64,000 nt of DNA from Candidatus Mcinerneyibacterium aminivorans (GCA_008086245.1 VSIX01000004.1:6988-70987); one strand, 5' to 3'. Numbered from the stretch's first letter, positions 28,252 through 38,350 are shown. The notes: generated by a model from the letters alone, not told the origin. A program made the numbers and translations.

Positions 28252-30708
28252 GTGAGTTTGAAAAATAAAATAATTATAATATTTACAACTATTGCTTTGA
28301 TTTTCTCTTCCATTTTAATTATTAATTCTTACAAAAATTATAAAAAAGATTTTATTGAGAATCTAAAGAAAAATTCAATTGATATTGCCAAACTGGGTTC
28401 TAAAAATATTGATGCAGAAAAATGTAAAGAATTAATTAAAAAAATTGGTATTGAGCCTGGTAGTTATTCTGAAGTAGATAGTTCCAGTAGATACCTTATA
28501 TCAAAAGAAAAAATTTATAATATTGAATTGGATAGCTCCTACCAGGAGATTGTTGGACAGCTAAATAGTATTAAGAATTTAAAAAGTGAATATGTTTTAT
28601 ATGCTTATATTTTAATACCTACGGGCAATGAAAAATATGCAAGAATACTGGTTGATGCCGATCTGCCCAGAAGAACTGTAAAAAAGGACTTAAAAAGTTT
28701 CGAAGAAACTAAATTAATCGCACATATTGGAAAACTTTATGATATTTCTAATCAACCAACAACAGTATCTGCATTAAAGAAAAGAAATGTAGGAATAACC
28801 GATTCCTTTATATATGACAGGGAGTATAAGTCCAAATCTATTATGGTATTTGCTCCAATTAGGGATGAAAATAACAATTATATTGCTACACTGGGATTGG
28901 ATTTTTCAGATAAAATGATAAATCAAATATTACATAAAAATATATTTATCAACATCATCACTTCTATTTTATTAACTGTTGGAGTAATAATTATTATAAT
29001 TTTTTCATCTTCTTTTATAACAAAACCCCTTGAAAATATTACACGGGCCACCAAAAAGGTAAAAAATCAGCAGTATGATTTTGATCTTCCAGTAAAAAGA
29101 AATGACGATATTGGTATTTTAGCCTCTAATTTTGAAAGTATGGCAGGCAGAATTAAAACCTATGAAGAGAAAATGACGAATTTAAATAATAAACTGAAAA
29201 TTGAAAATGAAGAATTAATGATTACCTTGAAAAGTATTGGTGACGGTGTAATTTCTGTAGATGTTGATGGACAGATAATATTAATGAATGAGGTTGCTGA
29301 AGAATTAACAGGATGGAATTTCGAAGAAACAGTGAATCTAGAACACGATAAAATATTATATTTTTTGAATAAAGATTCTGAAAGAGAAATTGAAAATCCT
29401 ATAAGCAGGGTATTAGAGATAAAGCAGAAATATAGAATGAAAAAAAACAATTTGCTTTTATCCAGAGACGGTTCGAAATATTTAATAAACGGTACCGCCT
29501 CCCCAATCTTTGATAGTAATAACAGCATGATAGGCGTTGTTTTTGTTTTCAAAAATGTCACTGAAATAGAAAAATATAAAAAGGAACTGGAGAAAAATGA
29601 AAAACTTGAATCGATAGCTCATCTGGCAGGGGGAATAGCTCATGACTTTAATAATTATTTAATGGGGGTTCTGGGGAGTATAGATTTAATAAAAATTATT
29701 CTTAAAAGAGATTATGACAGAGATAAATTAGAATCGTTGCTGGATAGTGCCGAAAAATCAGCTAGAAAGGCCAAGGAATTAACAAAGCAGCTTCTTGTTT
29801 TTTCAAAAGGGGGAGAACCTTCTAGAAAACCAATTAATCTGGAAAAACTGCTTAACAAAATTGCCGAAGATGTATTTGGCAGATTCAAAGTTCAAACTAA
29901 AGTTGAAATAAATGAGCATCTTTTTAATATATATGCTGATGGGGGGCAATTAAAGCAGGTTTTCCGAAATATTTTTAAAAATTCACTTGAAGCAACTGAT
30001 CATAATGGGTATGTAAACATTTCAGCAGAAAATGTGATGTTACATGAAAGCGATTTAATTCCGGAACTTAAGGGTCAGTATGTAAAGATTCTGATTGAAG
30101 ATAATGGTAAAGGAATAAAAAAGGAGAATCTTAATAAAGTATTTGATCCCTTTTATACTGAAAAACAGAACAGAAATGGGCTCGGTTTATCAATTGCATA
30201 TTCAATTATTGCCAGACATAATGGTGAGATATTAATTGATTCCCAAAAAGGAAAATATACGAAAGTAACAATATATTTGCCAGTTTCCGGGAAAATTAAA
30301 GGAAAATATGCTGTAAATGATTCAAAGAATAAGTATAAAACAAAAATATTAATAGTTGAAGGTAATAAGATTGTAGCTGAAACTCTTGAAAACATACTTA
30401 TTAATACGGGATGTAAAACTGTTCTGGCTGATACTGGGAAAAAAGCAATAAAAGAATTCAATAAGGCTTTTAAAGAAAATAGAAAGTTCGATTTGGTTAT
30501 AGTAGATTATGTATTAAAAGGTGAAGAGAAGGGTGTAGAAATTTTCGAAAAATTAAAAATGGTTGATCCCGAAATCAAAGGAGTAATCTCGAGCGGTTTT
30601 ATGAAAAAATCTATTCTTTCAAATTACAAAGAGTATGGTTTTATAGACAAACTGGAAAAACCTTATAAAGTTGAGGATATTTACAATTTACTTGAAAAAA
30701 TGTTTTAA
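28252..30708 (+). CDS. Hybrid sensor histidine kinase (TM-HAMP-PAS-HisKA-HATPase-REC)
   Basis: HAMP ITKPLENIT; PAS TLKSIGDGVISVD; AGGIAHDFNN; DNGKGI, FDPFYTEK and GLGLSIAYSII; C-terminal REC with DLVIVD. Confidence 0.93.
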   Translation: MSLKNKIIIIFTTIALIFSSILIINSYKNYKKDFIENLKKNSIDIAKLGSKNIDAEKCKELIKKIGIEPGSYSEVDSSSRYLISKEKIYNIELDSSYQEIVGQLNSIKNLKSEYVLYAYILIPTGNEKYARILVDADLPRRTVKKDLKSFEETKLIAHIGKLYDISNQPTTVSALKKRNVGITDSFIYDREYKSKSIMVFAPIRDENNNYIATLGLDFSDKMINQILHKNIFINIITSILLTVGVIIIIIFSSSFITKPLENITRATKKVKNQQYDFDLPVKRNDDIGILASNFESMAGRIKTYEEKMTNLNNKLKIENEELMITLKSIGDGVISVDVDGQIILMNEVAEELTGWNFEETVNLEHDKILYFLNKDSEREIENPISRVLEIKQKYRMKKNNLLLSRDGSKYLINGTASPIFDSNNSMIGVVFVFKNVTEIEKYKKELEKNEKLESIAHLAGGIAHDFNNYLMGVLGSIDLIKIILKRDYDRDKLESLLDSAEKSARKAKELTKQLLVFSKGGEPSRKPINLEKLLNKIAEDVFGRFKVQTKVEINEHLFNIYADGGQLKQVFRNIFKNSLEATDHNGYVNISAENVMLHESDLIPELKGQYVKILIEDNGKGIKKENLNKVFDPFYTEKQNRNGLGLSIAYSIIARHNGEILIDSQKGKYTKVTIYLPVSGKIKGKYAVNDSKNKYKTKILIVEGNKIVAETLENILINTGCKTVLADTGKKAIKEFNKAFKENRKFDLVIVDYVLKGEEKGVEIFEKLKMVDPEIKGVISSGFMKKSILSNYKEYGFIDKLEKPYKVEDIYNLLEKMF

Positions 30709-30800
30709 TGTCGTATTCGATGATAGTTTTGGTTAAGCCTTTATAAAAATAATAATATGAATATAATATGATATAATTATTGGCAAGAAAAGGAGGTATT

Positions 30801-31631
30801 ATGAGAAAAATTGTAAGTCTTTTTCTTATAACCGGAATTATTATTGGTTTTATTTACTCACAGACTAATTTGAAAAAATTCAAACTGATGAAAAAAAGCC
30901 AAAAAGTATTTAAGACTCCCGAATCCATTAAATATGATCCAGCAAGAAAAGTTATTTATGTATCTAATATTAATGGAGCTCCTACTGAAAGAGATGGTAA
31001 TGGATTTATTTCTAAATTAAATGAAAAAGGTGAAGTTATAGATCTAAAATGGATTACCGGACTGGATGCCCCTAAAGGCATGGGGATATATAAAAATTAT
31101 TTGTATGTAACAAATATTTATGAAGTAGTAAAGATTGATATTGAAAGTGAAAGGATCATTAAACGAATTGATATGGGTGGAGAATTCTTAAATGATATTG
31201 ATGTCGATGAAGTAGGGAATGTTTATGTTTCCGACATGACTGATAAAAAAATCTATAAGATAGATCAAAATAATAATTATACCGAATATTTTAAAAATCA
31301 GGCAGTTAAAAGACCCAATGGGTTGAGGGTTTTAAATAACTATTTATATATCGGTTCTGCCGAAAGGGTGTTTAGCCTGGATTTGAAAAGTAAGGAATTA
31401 ATTGAATTGTCAAAGGGGTTCAAGAATACAGACGGGATAGTTTTTACAAAAGATAATAACCTTATTGCCTCTAATTTTAATGGAGAATTGTTTTACTATG
31501 ATTTTAAAAAGAAAACTAATTACAGCCAGAAGTTGAAGCATGGGTCCGCTGATATCGGGATTATCAGGAAGAAAAATATTTTATTAGTTCCTGATTTTGA
31601 TAAGAGTATTTATTTTTATTGGATTAAATAA
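30801..31631 (+). CDS. Secreted SMP-30/gluconolactonase-like beta-propeller protein
   Basis: Signal peptide; TPES, DGNGFISKL, LDAPKGM, FLNDI and PNGL motifs. ATG at 30801 after aggagg. Confidence 0.8.
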   Translation: MRKIVSLFLITGIIIGFIYSQTNLKKFKLMKKSQKVFKTPESIKYDPARKVIYVSNINGAPTERDGNGFISKLNEKGEVIDLKWITGLDAPKGMGIYKNYLYVTNIYEVVKIDIESERIIKRIDMGGEFLNDIDVDEVGNVYVSDMTDKKIYKIDQNNNYTEYFKNQAVKRPNGLRVLNNYLYIGSAERVFSLDLKSKELIELSKGFKNTDGIVFTKDNNLIASNFNGELFYYDFKKKTNYSQKLKHGSADIGIIRKKNILLVPDFDKSIYFYWIK

Positions 31632-31668
31632 ATATGGAATTTAATATATTTAGTTATTTTAAAAGAGT

Positions 31669-32823
31669 ATGACTATGGGAGTTGTAGATAGAAAAAATGT
31701 ATCCAAATTAGTTAATTTCCGGCATGATTTACACCGAAATCCGGAGTTGTCAGGACGTGAAAAAAATACTGCAGATAGAATAGTGAAGTTCATGAAAGAT
31801 TATAAACCGGACCATATTATCACAGGAATAGGTGGCAATGGATGTGCGTTTGTTTATAAAGGGAAGCAAAAAGGTCCGGTTGTAGTTTTTAGGGCAGATA
31901 TGGATGCTCTGCCTATCAGGGAAAAATCTGAACTAAATTATTCCTCTAAAAAAGAAAATGTTGCTCATATGTGCGGTCATGATGGACATATGGTTACACT
32001 GGCCGGGGTGGGTGTTTATCTTTGCAAGCAGAGACCTCAAAAAGGGACTATAATTTTATTATACCAGCCATCAGAAGAAACTGGCCAGGGAGCCAAACGG
32101 ATTATTAAAGATGAACTGTTTAAAAATTATGCTCCCGATTATATATTTTCTTTTCACAATATTCCAGGATATGAGAAGAATGAAATTGTACTTAAAAAGG
32201 GAAATTTTTCTGCAGCTTCAGTAGGGATGAGTATAAAACTTCAGGGAATCTCATCACATGCAGCACATCCAGAAAAAGGAATATCCCCGGTTGTTTTAAT
32301 ATCAGAGATAATAGATAAATTTGAAACATTGAATAATTATGATGAAAAGAATTTTAGATTTGGTACTATTGTAGGTGTAAATGTGGGGGAAAAATCTTTT
32401 GGGACTATGCCTGAAAAGGGAGTGCTTCATGCAACTTTAAGAGCAAGGACTGATAAAAATCTTGATAAGATGAAAAATATAATAAAAGAATTTGTTGATA
32501 AGAAGGCAAGAAAAAGAGAACTTGAATATAAAATAGAATGGAAAGAAGAATTTAAATCTATTAAAAATAGCGTTAAAGCCTATAAAATATTAAAAAAAGC
32601 CATTCAAAATAAAAAATTAAAATATACCAAAAGGCAGTATAGTTTCAGATGGTCAGAAGATTTTGGTGAATATTCTAAGTATTTTGATAGCTGTTTTTTC
32701 GGATTGGGGATAGGGGAAAATGCTAAAAATCTCCACAATCCCTATTATTTTTTCCCCGATGAAATTATTGAAACAGGAATTGCTATATATATTAGTATTT
32801 TGAAACAATTAAAGCTAATCTAG
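31669..32823 (+). CDS. M20D amidohydrolase
   Basis: RHDLHRNPELSGRE, RADMDALP, HMCGHDGH, QPSEE, SEDFG and LHNP motifs. Confidence 0.92.
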   Translation: MTMGVVDRKNVSKLVNFRHDLHRNPELSGREKNTADRIVKFMKDYKPDHIITGIGGNGCAFVYKGKQKGPVVVFRADMDALPIREKSELNYSSKKENVAHMCGHDGHMVTLAGVGVYLCKQRPQKGTIILLYQPSEETGQGAKRIIKDELFKNYAPDYIFSFHNIPGYEKNEIVLKKGNFSAASVGMSIKLQGISSHAAHPEKGISPVVLISEIIDKFETLNNYDEKNFRFGTIVGVNVGEKSFGTMPEKGVLHATLRARTDKNLDKMKNIIKEFVDKKARKRELEYKIEWKEEFKSIKNSVKAYKILKKAIQNKKLKYTKRQYSFRWSEDFGEYSKYFDSCFFGLGIGENAKNLHNPYYFFPDEIIETGIAIYISILKQLKLI

Positions 32824-32824
32824 T

Positions 32825-33871
32825 TTAGAGTTTTTTCCTCATATCTTCCCCGCCTATTACAACCCCTCTTGCCATTTCATGAAGACGGGACATAATTCTT
32901 TTATCCAGCTTATGTACCAGTTTAGAGGCAGATAAATCCGAAATAAATAGGGTGGGTAATTTTTCCTGGTAGCGTTTATTAACCAGTGTAAAAACTTTTT
33001 CCCTGGACCATTCATTTAAATTTTCAATTCCCAAATCATCTATAACCAGGTATGCAGCTTCAGATGTTTCTTTTAAAAGCTGTTCGTTGTCAGTAGCTTT
33101 TAATTCATTTAGAAAGATAGGTAGACTTATATATTTTTTCTTGAGAAGCTTGTATTTGTAAAATGTGGGTTTGTAAATTAAATTTAGAAGAGAGGCTATT
33201 GCCAGATGAGTTTTCCCGGTTCCTATTCCTCCTATTAACAATAAGCTTTCCCCATTATTTAGGACTATATCAAAATTTTGGGTATATTTTTTAATTGTTT
33301 CATAGGCAGCTCTGTTCTCATCTGTTATTTTAAATTTTTTGAAATCTTTTTTTTCAAATCTTTTACTTATATATGATTTTTTTAGAAAATCCTGATATAT
33401 ATGAGGACATAAAAATAAATATTCTTTATTATCTCCGGGAAGTTTGTAAAAAATTCTATTCTTTCCTTTACATAGTACACATCTATTAGAATTTATTTCA
33501 TATTTATTGTTTGCCAGATTTTTAACTCTTGAATGGAAATTTTTTGTCTGATCAATAAAGTCAAAAATTGAATCAGGACTTTTTTTAAAATTTAATGTGA
33601 AAGGTTCATTGCTGATAAAATACTGTTTTTTATACAAATTATCTATTTTTGCTTTGTTATCTGTTTCTTCTAAAAGTCTATTGTAAACCTGATTTTTAAG
33701 TTTTTTTCTATGAGCTAGATATTTTTTCCTGGCTTTTTGATTAACCGGGTTTGTGTGTTTTAATAAAGGATTATAACCAAAATCTTCCAAAGAGTTATCT
33801 TTCATCAGATATTTATAATAAAGGCTAATATTTTCGAAATCCTTTAATCTTTTTGTTTTATTTTCCAGCAT
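32825..33871 (-). CDS. DnaC/IstB-like AAA+ ATPase with Zn-finger-like motif and long N-terminal extension
   Basis: CVLC...CPH; Walker A GGIGTGKT; Walker B LVIDDLG; RIMSRLHEM...GEDMR. Confidence 0.85.
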   Translation of the reverse strand: MLENKTKRLKDFENISLYYKYLMKDNSLEDFGYNPLLKHTNPVNQKARKKYLAHRKKLKNQVYNRLLEETDNKAKIDNLYKKQYFISNEPFTLNFKKSPDSIFDFIDQTKNFHSRVKNLANNKYEINSNRCVLCKGKNRIFYKLPGDNKEYLFLCPHIYQDFLKKSYISKRFEKKDFKKFKITDENRAAYETIKKYTQNFDIVLNNGESLLLIGGIGTGKTHLAIASLLNLIYKPTFYKYKLLKKKYISLPIFLNELKATDNEQLLKETSEAAYLVIDDLGIENLNEWSREKVFTLVNKRYQEKLPTLFISDLSASKLVHKLDKRIMSRLHEMARGVVIGGEDMRKKL

Positions 33872-33924
33872 AACCCCTCCTTTAATTATAAATTTAGAAT
33901 ATCAAATATAGGGTGGTTGTCAAT

Positions 33925-34584
33925 TTATTTTTCTTTCCATCCGTTTTCTCCGATTAGAGGAACAAATCTGCATCCATCCTCTTTTTCTTTTCTGATATTT
34001 CCATTTTTCTTGATAATTTTAATTAGCTGCTGGAAAATACTACCACCAACAGGAATAACCATTATGCCATAATTATTGTTTAGCTGGTCTTTGAGACTTT
34101 TTGGTATTTTAGGTGCTGCAGCAGAAACAATTATTCTGTCATAAGGAGCCTTTTGGGGATACCCCATTGTTCCGTCACTTGTAATCAAATGGGCTTTATA
34201 ATAACCCAATTCATCAAGTACTTTCCTGCTTTTTTTTGTGAACTCCTCGATTCTTTCAATGGAATATACAACATCAGCGCACTCACATAATAGGGCAGTT
34301 TGGTATCCGGAACCGGTTCCAATTTCTAAAACTTTTTCCTTTCCACTTAAATTTAACATCTCCATCATTTTTGCAATTATATAAGGCTGTGATATTGTTT
34401 GATTTTTCCCTATGGGAAGGGGGGTGTCTTTATATGAATTATGTTTCATAGATTTGGGAACGAATGCCTCCCGGGGAACATTTTTAAAAGCCTTTAGGAT
34501 TTTTTCATCTGTTATTCCTCTATCAACAAGCTGGTTTGCAACCATTTTTTCTCTAGAAATACTGTATCTATTTTTTGAAACCAT
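33925..34584 (-). CDS. pcm: Protein-L-isoaspartate O-methyltransferase
   Basis: VPREAFVP, QTISQPY, VLEIGTGSGYQTA, APYDRIIVSAA and CRFVPLIG motifs. Confidence 0.96.
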   Translation of the reverse strand: MVSKNRYSISREKMVANQLVDRGITDEKILKAFKNVPREAFVPKSMKHNSYKDTPLPIGKNQTISQPYIIAKMMEMLNLSGKEKVLEIGTGSGYQTALLCECADVVYSIERIEEFTKKSRKVLDELGYYKAHLITSDGTMGYPQKAPYDRIIVSAAAPKIPKSLKDQLNNNYGIMVIPVGGSIFQQLIKIIKKNGNIRKEKEDGCRFVPLIGENGWKEK

Positions 34585-35230
34585 ATTTGATCACAACCTT
34601 TAAAAATCTAAATGTATCGATGAATCCTTTAATGTTACTGCTACTATTATTATATATTGTTCTGATAGGAATAAAACCTATTTTATAATTATTATGGGCA
34701 GCTTTAACAAGAAGTTCCGTTTCCAGGTCGAAATTATCGGATTTTAATTCGATATCTTTGATAAGACGGGTTTTTATAAATCTAAAGCCCGATTGGGAAT
34801 CTTCAATCTTTACTTTTAAAATTGAAGATAAAATCTTAGAGGTTAGATAGTTAGAAAGTTTTCTGTGAATAGGCATAGATTGTTTATTAAAATTTCTTTT
34901 TCCAACTAATAAATCATAGCTATCAGGTGAAGATAAAAACTTGGAAATATCATCTGGATGATGTTGAAAATCTCCATCCAGTGTAAAAACTCCTTTATAA
35001 TTGTGTTCTATGGCATATTTAAAACCTGTCTTAAGGGCCGCTCCCTTGCCTTTATTTTTCCTATGTGAAAGTAGTTTAATACCGTTGTTTCTTAAAAAAT
35101 TTTTTGGAATAAAATCGGAACCATCATCTATTATTAGTATATCGAAATCGTAGTTTTTTAGAATAGGAACCATTTTTTTAAAAAGATGATAACAATTATA
35201 TATGGGAATTAATATTAAAATATCTTTCAT
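34568..35230 (-). CDS. GT2-family glycosyltransferase (polyprenol-phosphate glycosyltransferase-like)
   Basis: IDDGSD, NKGKGAALKTG, DGDFQH and DSQSGFR motifs. ATG at 35230 directly follows the ispA stop. Confidence 0.88.
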   Translation of the reverse strand: MKDILILIPIYNCYHLFKKMVPILKNYDFDILIIDDGSDFIPKNFLRNNGIKLLSHRKNKGKGAALKTGFKYAIEHNYKGVFTLDGDFQHHPDDISKFLSSPDSYDLLVGKRNFNKQSMPIHRKLSNYLTSKILSSILKVKIEDSQSGFRFIKTRLIKDIELKSDNFDLETELLVKAAHNNYKIGFIPIRTIYNNSSSNIKGFIDTFRFLKVVIKYGFKK

Positions 35231-35231
35231 T

Positions 35232-36113
35232 TCAGTATGTTCTTTCAAGTAGAAAGTTTGAAATTTCATTTAAAATTGAAGTATCCGCATTAATTTTAGC
35301 CAAATAATTTTTGCTTTTTTGAGTATATTCTTCTGCTATTTTTTTTGACTTTTTAATGCCATAAATAGAAGGATAGGTAAATTTGTTGTAGTGGTTATCC
35401 TTTCCGGGATTTTTCCCCAATTCTTCTTTATCTCCTATTTCATCAAGGATATCATCAACTATTTGAAAGGTTAAGCCAAGCCATTTGGCATATTTTAATA
35501 GATTATCAAGATCTTCATCTTTGGCTCCGGCTAAAAGAGCACCTGAATAAACGGAGGTTTTTATGAGTTCTCCGGTTTTATGTGTATGTATATATTCCAA
35601 TGTTGGAAGGTCTATATCCTTTCCTTCCATATCGATATCGACGAATTGCCCTCCAACAATACCGGAATAACCGCTTGATTTTGCAATATTGAAAATAGCT
35701 TTTTTAATTAAACGGTCCTCGAAATTGGAGGATTCGGCCATTGTTTGAAAGGCAAATGTTAAAAGTGCATCTGCAGCAAGAATAGCTTTTGCTTCTCCAT
35801 AAACTTTATGGTTTGTAGGTTTGCCTCTTCTTAAGGAATCATTATCCATTGCAGGTAGATCATCATGGATGAGAGAATAAGTATGAATAATTTCTAATGC
35901 TGAAGCAAATGGTAAAACTTTTTTATAATTGCTATCAAAGATTTGAAATGAAGCTATACATAAAATTGGTCGAACTCTTTTTCCACCTGCAAAAATAGTA
36001 TATCTCATAGCTTCATGCAGCTGCGCGGGGAATTTGTTAGTTTTAGGTAAAAGATTATCCAGATACTCATCCACTTCTTTTTTTTTATCTTTTAAATAGC
36101 TTTTTATATTCAT
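35232..36113 (-). CDS. ispA: Farnesyl/geranylgeranyl diphosphate synthase
   Basis: GGKRVRP, HTYSLIHDDLPAMDNDSLRRGKPTNHK and FQIVDDILD motifs. Confidence 0.93.
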   Translation of the reverse strand: MNIKSYLKDKKKEVDEYLDNLLPKTNKFPAQLHEAMRYTIFAGGKRVRPILCIASFQIFDSNYKKVLPFASALEIIHTYSLIHDDLPAMDNDSLRRGKPTNHKVYGEAKAILAADALLTFAFQTMAESSNFEDRLIKKAIFNIAKSSGYSGIVGGQFVDIDMEGKDIDLPTLEYIHTHKTGELIKTSVYSGALLAGAKDEDLDNLLKYAKWLGLTFQIVDDILDEIGDKEELGKNPGKDNHYNKFTYPSIYGIKKSKKIAEEYTQKSKNYLAKINADTSILNEISNFLLERTY

Positions 36114-36162
36114 AAAATCTCCTCATTCATACAATATAATTTATCGATTCATTTACAGTTTG

Positions 36163-37308
36163 TCAATTATTTATAAAATTATTTATTAATTCATCCTGAT
36201 TTTTAATATCATTAATTATTTGATACACATGCATTTTATCAATAAGTTTCCCAAGTTCCTTTCCTTCTACCTTAAATTCATTCATTAGATAGTTTCCGCT
36301 TAAAATGAATTTGTGATTTGCAATTATTTTTTGTAAATATTTTGTATATTTTCTATTCTGTTCTGTTATTTGAGCAAAATCAAGAATACTTTTGAGATAT
36401 TTTTTTTGATATTTTTTATATTTATATACAAAAGCTTTTTCTTTAACTTTGTTGTTAATCGATTCCAGAAAAGCATTAATAAGATTAATAAGCCTTATGT
36501 CTTTTTTTGAAAAAGTATATTTGTTTAACAAATCAGGAAGCTTTTCAACACAGTTATTGTAATAAAAAAACAGGGCTAAATTCATTAAATAGTTGTTTTC
36601 AAAATTATTAATATCAGTATATGTAAAGTTTTCATTAAACAAAATTGATAGGATATTAGAATTTTGCATTGTTGTTATCAAAGCAGGACTGATATAATTA
36701 AATATTTTAATTAGTTCTTCCTTGATTCTTTCATTTGCGATATTTTCTAGGTTTTTTTTCTCCTTTTCCGATAGAATTCGAGCTTTTTTAGATAAAGAAA
36801 AGTTATCCGTAGCCTTTAATCTAAACATTCTCAGTATTCTTAAAGGATCATTTCTAAAACTGTTTTCCGTTACAGGAATAATTACCTTTTTTTTTAAATG
36901 TTTTATGCCGTTAACATAATCCAGAACGACATAACAAGAAGCAGACTTATTCTGCATATAAAGCGAATTAACAGTAAAGTCCCTTTGTTTTGAATCAATT
37001 GAAAGATTGTTTTCCTGAAGTTCTTGAAAATCCACAGTTAAATCTTTAAAACATAATCGAAGAGTTCTAAAGTTCTTACGGTTGAATTCAATTACCTTAA
37101 AATTGATTATTTCTTTTAATTTTTTGATTAAGGGATTTATTTTTCCCTTATAAACAAAATCGATATCATTAAATTGTGATTTTCCTAAAAGGATATCCCG
37201 AACAATTCCTCCTACTAAATATAGAGTTGTGCCGGTTTCCCTTGAAAGTGAAAAAATCTTTTCAATTATTCTATTTTCAAACTTAAAATTAATTTTCTTT
37301 TTTTTCAT
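36163..37308 (-). CDS. Class II tRNA nucleotidyltransferase, short-loop (CC-adding-like) variant
   Basis: YLVGGIVRDILLG...DIDF, IDSKQRDFTVN, SFRNDPLRILRMFR and ERIKEEL motifs. Confidence 0.8.
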   Translation of the reverse strand: MKKKKINFKFENRIIEKIFSLSRETGTTLYLVGGIVRDILLGKSQFNDIDFVYKGKINPLIKKLKEIINFKVIEFNRKNFRTLRLCFKDLTVDFQELQENNLSIDSKQRDFTVNSLYMQNKSASCYVVLDYVNGIKHLKKKVIIPVTENSFRNDPLRILRMFRLKATDNFSLSKKARILSEKEKKNLENIANERIKEELIKIFNYISPALITTMQNSNILSILFNENFTYTDINNFENNYLMNLALFFYYNNCVEKLPDLLNKYTFSKKDIRLINLINAFLESINNKVKEKAFVYKYKKYQKKYLKSILDFAQITEQNRKYTKYLQKIIANHKFILSGNYLMNEFKVEGKELGKLIDKMHVYQIINDIKNQDELINNFINN

Positions 37309-38050
37309 ATTCTTTATTAAATTTATATTCCATATATGAAAGATTTTTTAGGATATCAATATTTAATTTCTGTTTTTCCTTTTGAGAAAAATATTCATCA
37401 TAAAAATCTTTGAATTCGATATTATCACTATTATTATACAGACTCCAAAAGGAAAATCCTGCAAAATGGGCCTCTAAATTGTTTAAATCCATTAATTTCA
37501 GTGATTTTTTAGTATAGGCTAAATTTTTTTCATTAAGCAGCATACTGATTTCCAGGTTGTTTTTATAATTTGTTTTTTCCAAATAACTAATTAGTTTTGA
37601 TTCCTTATTTGATTTTAAGTATTTTCTAAAGCAATTATTGTAACTTGTGTTCATTTGGTTTTTACAGAAGTTAGAAGATAAAAATTTTAGAAGTTCTGTG
37701 AATTGTTTGAAATATACAGAAGGGTTTTTAGTAGAAGAATTTTTGGGGAAATCTTCAAGAAAGTAAATCAATTCCCCTCCTTTTAATTTGCTTCCCATTA
37801 AAAAAATGGGTAAAAAATCGATTTTTTGTGTTTCTTCAGATCGGTAATAGTACCATTCAAATGGGTTTTCGCCTTCTTTAAAGTGTTTAAGTCTTAAAGT
37901 ATGTTTTTTCCCGTTTCCTGTTTTTAAACTGATTTTTCTTTCGATTTTTCTGCTGTTTCTTGTAACCATTTCAGTAGCAATATTATTGATAGTTTGACTG
38001 TAATAAACTTCTAAAGTCTTTTTTAAGAAAGATTTTTGAAGTTTTCTCAT
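37289..38050 (-). CDS. Hypothetical protein
   Basis: 253-aa ORF coupled to both neighbours (abuts the DUF896 gene, overlaps the nucleotidyltransferase start); no family recognised with confidence. Confidence 0.75.
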   Translation of the reverse strand: MRKLQKSFLKKTLEVYYSQTINNIATEMVTRNSRKIERKISLKTGNGKKHTLRLKHFKEGENPFEWYYYRSEETQKIDFLPIFLMGSKLKGGELIYFLEDFPKNSSTKNPSVYFKQFTELLKFLSSNFCKNQMNTSYNNCFRKYLKSNKESKLISYLEKTNYKNNLEISMLLNEKNLAYTKKSLKLMDLNNLEAHFAGFSFWSLYNNSDNIEFKDFYDEYFSQKEKQKLNIDILKNLSYMEYKFNKEYEKKEN

Positions 38051-38233
38051 TTACTTATTCCCGCTGGAGGAAATGTTTTTTTGATTTTCAATCTGTGTTT
38101 TTACTTTTTGCTTTACATCTTTAATGTATTCTTCTCTTAATTTTTTCTGTTCTTTTTTTTCCTGTTCTGTAAGCCCATCTTTTTTTTGCTTTTTCCAGAG
38201 TTCATTTATGCGTTTTATTTTTTCTTCTTTCAT
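38051..38233 (-). CDS. DUF896/UPF0291 (YnzC-like) small protein
   Basis: IKRINELWKKQKKDGLTEQEKKEQKKLREEYI motif; RBS gaggga. Confidence 0.88.
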   Translation of the reverse strand: MKEEKIKRINELWKKQKKDGLTEQEKKEQKKLREEYIKDVKQKVKTQIENQKNISSSGNK

Positions 38234-38262
38234 AATATCCCTCTTTTTTTATTATCAAAGTA

Positions 38263-38336
38263 TCGGGGTGAGAGGATTTGAACCTCCGACTCCATGCACC
38301 CCATGCATGTGCGCTGCCGGACTGCGCTACACCCCG
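38263..38336 (-). tRNA. tRNA-Pro(GGG), 3' CCA not encoded
   Basis: CGGGGTG/CACCCCG acceptor stem plus discriminator A; anticodon arm CATGC-ATGGGGT-GCATG; GGTTCAAATCC T-arm; followed by TAC rather than CCA. Confidence 0.97.
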
Positions 38337-38350
38337 CCTTTGTTAATCAA

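Noticed and set aside
32825-33871. IS21 element or prophage replication module
   Set aside because: There is no IstA/DDE transposase, terminal inverted repeats, phage initiator or other phage gene adjacent.
3485-38336. 35-kb genomic island bounded by tRNA-Pro and a 12-nt direct repeat of its 3' end
   Set aside because: The geometry fits attL/attR, but the interval holds core genes (ispA, pcm, tRNA nucleotidyltransferase) and no integrase. The repeat is only 12 nt and forms part of a terminator.
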